Shown here in pieces: positions 47,201 to 54,181 of a DNA stretch of 64,000 nt (within the stretch, counting starts at the first letter, position 1; each line of letters opens with the position of its first letter). The DNA is from Candidatus Krumholzibacteriia bacterium (GTDB lineage Bacteria; Krumholzibacteriota; Krumholzibacteriia; LZORAL124-64-63). Made by a program: the position numbers and the translations under genes. Location of the stretch: contig JBFXKG010000007.1 in NCBI GenBank assembly GCA_050174015.1, positions 128,001 to 192,000 on the forward strand. The letters are read 5' to 3'. The notes beneath the pieces are model-generated. The model did no database searches. It worked only from the letters and a program-made list of their open reading frames with translations, and was not told where the DNA came from.

Positions 47201-48809
47201 GGACGTGTTCGGGTTCAACGCGGTGGTCCGGGCGACGAGCGAGGTCGACTGGGGCACCATTACCCAGCTTGCACCGTTCGGGGGGACGACACAGTTCTTC
47301 TCCTTCGATCAGGGCGATGGGTCGTACATCATCTCCGGCACCACGGTCGGCAACCCCACCCAGCCGATCTCAGGGGCAGGGGTGACCGACCTGTTCAAGA
47401 TCGACTTCGTGACCGTCTCCGATGGGACGGCCCAGATCACCTTCGACAGCTTCACGCTGCGTGACCCCGCCAACCAGCCCATCCCCGCCACGGCGACCGG
47501 CGCGACCATCGAGGTCGACTGCACGGCGCCTGCGGCGGTGACGGGCATCACGGCGGCCCCGGGCCACGAGAAGGTCGACGTGAGCTGGACCCACGACGGG
47601 ACCGACGTGGCCTTCTACGAGGTCTACCGTGGCCTGTGGTATGACACGACCTACGGTGTCTCGGCCTACCCCGAGTACGACGACCTGGCCGGCGACGTGA
47701 TCCCGACCCGCCCTGCGAGCCGTGCCGCAGCCGATCTGAGCGACGAGTGGGTGCTGGTGGACATCGTGGCCGTCGGCACCAACAGCCTCGTGGACGACGG
47801 CATGGCCTCCGGCCGCGGCGTTTACTACTACGAGGTGTTCCCGGTGGATGCGGCGAGCAACTGGGGTCCCGCAGCCGCGGCGAACGACCGGGCGACGAAC
47901 TACTGGCTGGGTGACGTGACCGGTATTCCCGCCACGGGCTATACCACTCCCGACGGCGATGTCGACCCGGTCGACATGAACGCCCTCGGCGCCCAGTTCG
48001 GCAACGCGGTGCCTCTCGGGGGTGAGCACAACGTCCTGGACGTCGGTCCGACCGACGACTGGAGCCGGGTGGGCATTCCCCTGACCGACAGCGTGATCAA
48101 CTTCGAGGATCTGATGGTCTTCGCGATGAACTTCGGCGTGGTCGGTCCCGCGAAGGACCAGGCTCCGATCTCGGCGACGGTCCAGCTGGCCTGGGTGCAT
48201 TACGACAACGGCACCATGGCCCTGCGTCTGATCGACGGTTCGGGCCTGAAGGGCGTCAACGTGATGGCTCGCGTGCCGGTGTCCGGCGTGGAGCCGGGCG
48301 TGCTGCTCGATGAGCAGGCCGAACGGACGTTCCTGAAGAACATCGGATCCGAACTCGACGTGAGCGTGGCCCTGCTGGGCACGGGCAGGGGATTCGTCGG
48401 TTCGGGCGACCTGTTCACGGTGTCGTCGGAGTCTGCGATCGCGTTCGAGGACCTGGCGATCAAGGCGCGCGGGACGGACAACCGCGAGCTCAAGATCGAG
48501 CTGGTCGAGGCGGCGGACACGGCGACGCCGCGGGTGTTCAGCCTGAACGCGAACTATCCGAACCCGTTCAACCCGATGACGAAGATCAGCTTCTCGCTGC
48601 CTGAAGCGCAGTCGGTGCGGCTGATGGTCTACGGTGTGGACGGTCGCCTTGTGAAAACGCTGCTGAACGAGCGCCGCGGCGCCGGCCAGCACGAGGTGGT
48701 CTGGATGGGTCGGGACGACGCCGATCAGCAGGTCGCCTCGGGCGTGTACTTCTACCGGCTGGATGCCGGTCCGTACAGCCAGGTCCGCAAGATGACCCTG
48801 ATGAAGTAG
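44283..48809 (+). CDS. Large secreted surface protein: parallel beta-helix repeats, cohesin-like and Fn3-like domains, dockerin-like domain, FlgD/T9SS-like C-terminal domain
   Basis: Signal peptide. 'IEDNEIYG/IEGNEIYG' beta-helix repeats, 'NWWGDSTGP'. Dockerin-like 'LGDV..DGDVDPVD...DSVINFEDL.VFAMNFG'. 'NYPNPFNP...GVYFYRL...RKMTLMK'. Confidence 0.8.
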   Translation: MKRCVCVSSLVLGLVFCVGMTGTAEADPLGGWTPFVIRNATTTGNPPAFNTFPAPDHTVEFLVTEGGQKAGLGTDAVNGSLVQDILTLHLDRLDDVGTSGSLYGPYFNIWVTDDAGHYAVIANEPSNAEWAADRWYAASWDDLKIKTCKVYETPGWNTGTSWVHTYAGMSSGLTFEDVAGLKIMPPPAAYITDPLNEVGSGAPDELGTNVAYGYNWIFGDTLANYVSGDPGFLVGNYYIYDAYPVQNTTQLTGYMTIEAALAAANPYDTITVANGPYSPVGTLNVTVPLTLTGESESGVAIQIPAAGGYGFSVGAHAVTLQNFTLVCAAANENYPIHASGTGNPPGGYTGLNMTGVTVIGSHRRAGIDIHGYNDVVLSHVSSFDAWGGNGIQLTGVVGADLDNITTGDNAWGSIAIYCSSPTYLNRGSSDVVIDGATLNVGEDYVFSQDEFGLFNGTYSITGYEYNVRNSRFREALGYTDSEGYTFLRDDLADAAAFALAFTGYEQYSTIMEVATGDYFVLDGMSIQAAVTEADPGSTIHVGPGTYVEGVLIEKNLTLLGATAGVNKNGYPVPAGYAWDPMVESIISHPDPVTGYDAIVDIHDTDNVTFDGFVVEELNAVANKNVSLIRVYAHTREITNIDVVNCIIGPNTNTTLQDGAQGRMGLYIINHPYNNLGVVNSTFAGNKIFDCQGNGDNVFLWTSYYAYGAPGPADMTGTVIEDNEIYGSHRSGIETAGGFANLVIRNNTIYGQSGLPGDDPDFLKYGHGIQLIRGSSDKVSDPLTAYGPVDLLIEGNEIYGNQKCGIYMGPKNDNVQFVGNIIHDNGWDGIMLDLEGNYWNPQYESPPLSGDYACYDCSEDISASGNEIYGNGTLGNPIAQHGFQVVGLPTNGLVVGAEDNWWGDSTGPLDSSDDTGTGGLYNPGGLGDEVTDHVDYYPWLGISGVAVAPATSGPLTCGLTQTLTFSLTTDEYTPDVFGFNAVVRATSEVDWGTITQLAPFGGTTQFFSFDQGDGSYIISGTTVGNPTQPISGAGVTDLFKIDFVTVSDGTAQITFDSFTLRDPANQPIPATATGATIEVDCTAPAAVTGITAAPGHEKVDVSWTHDGTDVAFYEVYRGLWYDTTYGVSAYPEYDDLAGDVIPTRPASRAAADLSDEWVLVDIVAVGTNSLVDDGMASGRGVYYYEVFPVDAASNWGPAAAANDRATNYWLGDVTGIPATGYTTPDGDVDPVDMNALGAQFGNAVPLGGEHNVLDVGPTDDWSRVGIPLTDSVINFEDLMVFAMNFGVVGPAKDQAPISATVQLAWVHYDNGTMALRLIDGSGLKGVNVMARVPVSGVEPGVLLDEQAERTFLKNIGSELDVSVALLGTGRGFVGSGDLFTVSSESAIAFEDLAIKARGTDNRELKIELVEAADTATPRVFSLNANYPNPFNPMTKISFSLPEAQSVRLMVYGVDGRLVKTLLNERRGAGQHEVVWMGRDDADQQVASGVYFYRLDAGPYSQVRKMTLMK

Positions 48810-48816
48810 CGCGTGG

Positions 48817-48853
48817 GGGAGCCGCCGCGCGGGGAGACCCGGCGGCGGCTCCC
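48817..48853 (+). other. Intergenic hairpin without U-tract
   Basis: GGGAGCCGCCGC...GCGGCGGCTCCC 12-bp stem between the large gene and the cohesin-like gene. Confidence 0.55.
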
Positions 48854-48868
48854 GCCGAAAGGAACATC

Positions 48869-49693
48869 GTGAGAAATTTCCCGGTGATGGTCCTGGCGTC
48901 GGTGTCGGCGCTTCTGCTCGGCTTGTCGGCGGCTGATCCCGCCTCGGCGGCCGTTCACCTGCGGTTCGATCCGCCAGACGCCGTCGTGGCCGTGGGCGAC
49001 ACCGGAAGGCTGGCCATCTGCATCGACGATACCGTGGACGTCCGCTCCATCATCGTCACGGTGTCCTATGATTCCACCATCGTTCATGGTCTGGGCGGAC
49101 AGGCCGGCGCCCTGTACGACGATTCGGGCTACTTCGTGTTCCAGGGCTTCGAGGCCGATACCCTGGGGACCTGGTACGGGTACGCCATCATCATGGGGGC
49201 GGATCTGCACCTGGACGGCCCGGGTGAACTTTTCGTGTGGGATTACGTCGCCCGGACCACAGGCGTCTGTCCGGTCGTCGTCAAGGTGACCGAGGAGGAT
49301 CCCGCCGGCGTCTACATCTCCAACACCGCCGGCGACTGGTACCCCGAGGTCCTCCTTCCTCCCACCACCATCCGGGTGGGCAGCGGTCTGAGCGGGGTCT
49401 TAATTCCCGGGCGCCGGGGCGCCCTCGACCTGCGCTTGTGGCCCAACCCCTTCAATCCGGGGACCCTCCTGGAATTCTCCAATCCCCAGGATGGCCCGGT
49501 CCGGCTCGAGGTCTTCGACGTCGCAGGCCGCAGCCTCGGCGTCCTGGTCGATGGCTACGCTCCCGCGGGCACCGTCCGGATCCCCTGGGACGGCACCGAC
49601 GACCGGGGCCTTCCGGCCGCTGCCGGGATCTATCTCTTCCGCCTGAGGTGCGGACCCGCCAACGGAACCGGGCGGGGCATCCTCCTCAAATAG
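48869..49693 (+). CDS. Secreted cohesin-like protein with FlgD/T9SS-like C-terminal domain
   Basis: Signal peptide, beta-rich 'VTVSYDSTIV...GPGELF' domain, 'WPNPFNP...WDGTDD...GIYLFRL...ILLK'. Paralog of 53321-54121. Confidence 0.7.
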   Translation: MRNFPVMVLASVSALLLGLSAADPASAAVHLRFDPPDAVVAVGDTGRLAICIDDTVDVRSIIVTVSYDSTIVHGLGGQAGALYDDSGYFVFQGFEADTLGTWYGYAIIMGADLHLDGPGELFVWDYVARTTGVCPVVVKVTEEDPAGVYISNTAGDWYPEVLLPPTTIRVGSGLSGVLIPGRRGALDLRLWPNPFNPGTLLEFSNPQDGPVRLEVFDVAGRSLGVLVDGYAPAGTVRIPWDGTDDRGLPAAAGIYLFRLRCGPANGTGRGILLK

Positions 49694-49744
49694 GAAGGAC
49701 CCGGGTTGCCCCGGGCCCTTCGCGATCGTCACGCAGCGATGGTA

Positions 49745-50485
49745 TTACCGGAACAACGCCTTCAGGCTGCCGAACGACTGCTGATCGTCGGCCACCGGGG
49801 TGGAGCAGGCGTCGATCTTGGCCAGGAGCTTGATCTCGCCAGGCAGTTCGTAGGACTGCTGCAGGTCGTAGTAGCCGTTGCCCTGGTCGATCCAGCTGGC
49901 CCCGCCCACGGGGAAGTAGTCCACGATCAGGTCGGGCTTGTTCTCGAACCGGTTGTGGAAGGTGATGGACGCCGCGTAGTACCAGCCGAACTCGGCGCAC
50001 GCGCAGTTGGCCGACTTCAGGGGGATGATCAGCCGGTAGTAGCCGGGTTCGGTGACGGTGCCCGAATAGATGGGGGATTCGCAGATCACCGGGCCGGGCT
50101 TCAGCTGTCCGCCATCGAGATGGGTCTCCTCGAAGGCGGCGCTGACCTCAAGGGTCACCGGGACGTCCTCGGGGCCGAAGTTCAGGGCCATGCCGGCGGT
50201 GAAAGCGTAGAATCCGGTCTCGAAGCCGCAGGTGGGCAGGACTTCCCACATGTAGCTGTAGGTCTCCCCGCCCGAGACGAAGTTCTCGATCGTGTATCCC
50301 CAGTCGTTGCGGTTGCCGACGCGGCAGCAAACAGCCTTCTCGGGGCATTCCTTGTCGGTGGTGAAATTCAAGGGAAGCATGTCTCCGTCGGGTACCTTGA
50401 CCAGATCGAAGTCCACCTGGGCCAATCCCTGGCCGGCGATCAGGATCAAGGCCATGGCCATCAGAGCCGTTCTCATAATCTTCAT
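49745..50485 (-). CDS. Secreted hypothetical protein ending in SFGSLKALFR
   Basis: RBS GGAGG before ATG 50485, signal peptide 'MKIMRTALMAMALILIAGQGLA', Cys-containing beta-rich body. Confidence 0.75.
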   Translation of the reverse strand: MKIMRTALMAMALILIAGQGLAQVDFDLVKVPDGDMLPLNFTTDKECPEKAVCCRVGNRNDWGYTIENFVSGGETYSYMWEVLPTCGFETGFYAFTAGMALNFGPEDVPVTLEVSAAFEETHLDGGQLKPGPVICESPIYSGTVTEPGYYRLIIPLKSANCACAEFGWYYAASITFHNRFENKPDLIVDYFPVGGASWIDQGNGYYDLQQSYELPGEIKLLAKIDACSTPVADDQQSFGSLKALFR

Positions 50486-50767
50486 TCCCATCCTCCATTC
50501 CCATCGTTTGAGTATCGAACCCCCCAAATCAAAAACAATTGAAGGAGGGACGCAACGGACAATTTCCGCCTTTTTGTTATTCTAACATACTTTTTGAAAA
50601 AAATCCAGGAAATTGCAATATTGCGGATTGACGGGCGAGCACCGAACAGGCACAGTGCCAAGGTCTTGGAGCGGACGAGTCATATCGCCCCGGTGGGTTT
50701 TGCCCCTGGACTGGGATTTCAGGATCCTGCCGGGTTGGCCCCCGGTCTTCAAGGAGGAGCATTCCGC

Positions 50768-52621
50768 TTGGGCAGGATATTCGGGGTGGTCGGGCCCGCG
50801 GCCGATGGGATTCCCCGTGATTGGTCGCCACCCTGGGCCGGCATCGCCGACGGACCGTCCCTTGCGCGCCCTACCGGACCTGGTGCCGTGGGGTCATCCG
50901 GCGCCGTTCTTTATGGCCAGGATGGGGGGCAATGCCACCGTTCGGAGGACGGCCGTCACGTCTGCCTCTGGGACGGCCAGCTGGTCCCTGCCGATCGCCT
51001 CGTGCGGCATCTGGCCGGACACGGGTTCACCGCCGAGGGCGGATCGATCGGGGAGGTCCTGCTGTCGGCGTATGCGCACCACGGTGCGTTTCCCCTGAAG
51101 TTCCTGCGGGGCTCGTTCGCCCTGGCCATCTACGACACCCTGGAGCAGGTCCTCTTCCTCGCCGCCGATCCCTACGGGCAGAAGCGCCTGTTCGTCGCGG
51201 AATCCGGCGGGAGCCTCGTCTTCTCCTCGGACCTCGGGGCGCTGGCCGGATCCGGCCTGAGCCCGCTGTCGCTTTCTGACGAGGGGCTGACCGAGTACCT
51301 GTCCTTCGGCTACATCCATCCTCCGCTGACGATCTACAAGGGCGTCTCCAGCCTGTGCGTGGGCGAGTTCCTCGCCTGGGAGGAGGGAAAGTCCCATCGT
51401 TCCTTCTATCATCAGGTCATCGGGGACCGCTGGGCCTTCGCCGACGTCGCCGGCAGGACGGAAGAAGATCTGATCGACGAACTCGAGAAGCTGACCTCGG
51501 CCGCGATCCTGGACAGGATCCCTGCCGGATGCAGGCGCCTCGCGGTCTACCTCAGCAGCGGGCTGGACACCGGGTTCCTGGCGGCGAGCCTGCGGCGCCA
51601 CTGGGACGGCGAACCGGTGGCCTTCACCCTGGGGTCGGAGCATCCCCGGCACGACGAGGTGCCGGGCGCCCGGAAGATGGCCGGATTCCTGGGACTCGGC
51701 GATCACCGCTGCGTCTACATGACCCAGGATGACTGCTACGAGGCCCTGGAGCAGTTGCCCCATGTCTTCGGCCAGCCCATGGCCGACCTTTCGGCCATCC
51801 CCAACCTGGTCATCACCCGGGAGGTGGGGCGGGAGTTCACCGAGATCTTCGCCGGCGACGGCCCGGACGGCCTGTACGGCAACTGGGATCTGCGGCCCTG
51901 GTATCAGCTCTATCGCTGGGTGCCCTACCTGGTGAGGATGCCCCTGGCCCTGCTGGCCGACCGCCTGGACAGGACCCTGGGGCTGGGGCTCAGCACCCCG
52001 TCCCGACAGATCGCCGATCTGCTGACCCAGCCCGAGTTCTCCTGGGTCTTCCACAAGAAGCTCAAGAGCCGGGACCTGGAGCGCCTGCTGGGCCGCGTGG
52101 TGCCGCCGGAGACCTTCGCCGTGCACCGCTACCTCCGGGACCGCCGGGACATCCCCCTCTACGAGCGCCTGCGCATGGGCTTCGCCCTCTACTTCGTGAT
52201 GCACGGGGTGCTGTTGAAATCGGGGACCATCCACAACGCAGTGGGCGTCGAGCAGATCTGCCCCTACTACGACCGCGCCCTGGTGGACTTCATCTGCGCC
52301 CTGCCGACCCGCTACAAGATCCGGGGCAAGGGCTACGGCAAGTATCTCCACACCAGGCTGCTGGAGCGGTACGTCCCTCCCGAGGTCTGGCGCGGGCGCA
52401 AGCGGGGCTTCATCTTCGATTTCCGCTCCTTCGACCTGGCTCCCCTGCGGAGCCTCACCGCCCGCTACCTGGACCGCGGCCGCCTCCTGGAGGCGGGGCT
52501 CTTCGATCCCGACTTCGTCGGGAAGTCCGTGGATGCCTACTTCAAGGGGGACGACCGGGCCGGGCCGGCGATCCTGACGTTGCTGATCTTCGAGATGTGG
52601 AGGGACAGGTACCTGCCCTGA
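50768..52621 (+). CDS. Asparagine synthetase-like ATP-dependent amide ligase lacking the N-terminal catalytic Cys
   Basis: TTG start after RBS AAGGAGGAG gives MGRIFGVVG. Ntn-like 'GSFALAIYD...ADPYGQKRLF'. PP-loop 'YLSSGLDT', 'GDGPDGLYG', 'CPYYDRALVDF', 'RKRGF'. Confidence 0.8.
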   Translation: MGRIFGVVGPAADGIPRDWSPPWAGIADGPSLARPTGPGAVGSSGAVLYGQDGGQCHRSEDGRHVCLWDGQLVPADRLVRHLAGHGFTAEGGSIGEVLLSAYAHHGAFPLKFLRGSFALAIYDTLEQVLFLAADPYGQKRLFVAESGGSLVFSSDLGALAGSGLSPLSLSDEGLTEYLSFGYIHPPLTIYKGVSSLCVGEFLAWEEGKSHRSFYHQVIGDRWAFADVAGRTEEDLIDELEKLTSAAILDRIPAGCRRLAVYLSSGLDTGFLAASLRRHWDGEPVAFTLGSEHPRHDEVPGARKMAGFLGLGDHRCVYMTQDDCYEALEQLPHVFGQPMADLSAIPNLVITREVGREFTEIFAGDGPDGLYGNWDLRPWYQLYRWVPYLVRMPLALLADRLDRTLGLGLSTPSRQIADLLTQPEFSWVFHKKLKSRDLERLLGRVVPPETFAVHRYLRDRRDIPLYERLRMGFALYFVMHGVLLKSGTIHNAVGVEQICPYYDRALVDFICALPTRYKIRGKGYGKYLHTRLLERYVPPEVWRGRKRGFIFDFRSFDLAPLRSLTARYLDRGRLLEAGLFDPDFVGKSVDAYFKGDDRAGPAILTLLIFEMWRDRYLP

Positions 52622-52774
52622 CCGGAAATCCGTGAGATTTTCGGTCAAGGATATTGTACTTTTTCTTGTCTTGTGGCATACTTCCAGGAACGCGGAGGTC
52701 GGATGGTTCGCCCCTAGGTTTCCTAGCGTCTTGATCCCATTTCGAATCATATTCCAAAAGTAGCGGGTGCCGTC

Positions 52775-53311
52775 ATGAGGATTACCGGGGGAATCGCTTT
52801 CCTGCTCGTCCTTCTTTCCTGCTTGGGAGCCTACGGAGCGGTCGCCGCGCCGCTCGTGTTCGTCCTTCCGTCCAGCACCGTCCCCAGCCAGGCCGACTTC
52901 ACGGTGGCGCTGATGCTGGACACCGGAGGGGACGACGTTCTCGGCCTCCACGTTTCCATCCAGTTCGACAACGCGATTGTCCAGTTGAATCGGATCGACC
53001 CCGGCGCCTGGTTCACCTTTTCCGGGGTGGGCAGCTACTTCTATGACTACACCCACCCAGGGACCGATGAGATCCACTTCGCCGGCAGCCGGCTGGGTTC
53101 GGCCACCACGACCGGCGGACAGGTCGCCGTCATGCACTTCACCGCCCTGATGGGAGGGACCTCCCCCCTGGACTTCGAGATCTGTGAGGTGAGGAATTTC
53201 CTGAACGAGTCCCTGGGAGCCGATCACAGCACCGATGATCAGATCGTCATCGACGAGGCCATACCCTCCGATCCTACCACCTTCGGAGAGGTGAAGGCGC
53301 TCTTCCGTTAG
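52775..53311 (+). CDS. Secreted cohesin-domain protein ending in TFGEVKALFR
   Basis: Signal peptide, cohesin-like 'FTVALMLD...VLGLHVSIQFDNAIVQLNRIDPG...GQVAVMHFTA...GTSPLDF'. Confidence 0.75.
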   Translation: MRITGGIAFLLVLLSCLGAYGAVAAPLVFVLPSSTVPSQADFTVALMLDTGGDDVLGLHVSIQFDNAIVQLNRIDPGAWFTFSGVGSYFYDYTHPGTDEIHFAGSRLGSATTTGGQVAVMHFTALMGGTSPLDFEICEVRNFLNESLGADHSTDDQIVIDEAIPSDPTTFGEVKALFR

Positions 53312-53320
53312 GAAGGAAGA

Positions 53321-54121
53321 TCAGCGCACCAGGACGCCCTTGACCACCGCGGTCTGGCCGTCAGGGCCGCGGGCGCTGAAGAAGTAGAGGCCTGCCGGTT
53401 CTTCGGTCCCCCGGTCGTTGCGCCCGTCCCAGTCGATCCTGCTGCTTCCCGCAGGCAATTCCCCCCGGTTCAGGACTGCGACCAGTCGGCCCTGCACGTC
53501 GTGGACGGTGACCTCGACCGGCCCCGCCCGGACAAGGTCGATCCTGACGCCTACCCGGGGGTTGAAGGGGTTGGGGTGGAGGGCGAGGGCCATCCCGGAG
53601 CCGGCCGCAGGAACGTTGGCGGCCGGGGAGCCCACCGAGATGACGGCCGAGCTGAGGTGGACGCCGGGGATGCGCGTGGCGTCGGGTTCGAACAGGACCG
53701 CTTCCACCGCGGTGACGGGCGTGACTCCGGTCCGGTCCAGGGTCCGGAACTCCCAGACCAGGAGCTCGCCGGGGCCGCTCGTCCAGCAATCGCCCCCCAT
53801 GATGACCACGAATCCGTGCCAGAGCCCGGGGACGTCCTCCTCGTAGGCCTCCCACAGGAAGCAGGGCACAGGATCGAAGATGGCGCCGGGCCGGACCGTC
53901 ACGCCCTGCACGATGGTGGGATCGTATTCGACGGTGACCTCGATGGTTCGCAGGTCCAGGGTGTCGGTCATCATGATGGCGAGTTCGGAAGAGGTGTCGA
54001 AGGGAACCTGGAGCCAGTTCCGGTCCCAGGCCAGGTCGACGGTACCGGCCAGCGCCGGAGAGTTCAGGCCGCACGCCGGCAGGACCAAGGCCAGGATGGC
54101 TGCGGGAAAGGGTTTGCGCAT
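53321..54121 (-). CDS. Secreted cohesin-like protein with FlgD/T9SS-like C-terminal domain
   Basis: 'IEVTVEYDPTIV...GPGELLVWEF', 'HPNPFNP...WDGRND...GLYFF...KGVLVR'. Paralog of 48869-49693. Confidence 0.7.
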   Translation of the reverse strand: MRKPFPAAILALVLPACGLNSPALAGTVDLAWDRNWLQVPFDTSSELAIMMTDTLDLRTIEVTVEYDPTIVQGVTVRPGAIFDPVPCFLWEAYEEDVPGLWHGFVVIMGGDCWTSGPGELLVWEFRTLDRTGVTPVTAVEAVLFEPDATRIPGVHLSSAVISVGSPAANVPAAGSGMALALHPNPFNPRVGVRIDLVRAGPVEVTVHDVQGRLVAVLNRGELPAGSSRIDWDGRNDRGTEEPAGLYFFSARGPDGQTAVVKGVLVR

Positions 54122-54138
54122 GGCGGTTCCTGCCTCGG

Positions 54139-54167
54139 GGGACCCCGGCGCAGGGCGCCGGGGTCCC
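54139..54167 (-). other. Intergenic hairpin without U-tract
   Basis: GGGACCCCGGCGC-agg-GCGCCGGGGTCCC, perfect 13-bp stem between the large gene and the cohesin-like gene. Confidence 0.6.
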
Positions 54168-54181
54168 GGGTCGAAGGGTGT

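Noticed and set aside
50768..52621. Lasso peptide cluster
   Set aside because: No B1/B2 (RRE or transglutaminase-like) genes or plausible precursor seen nearby.
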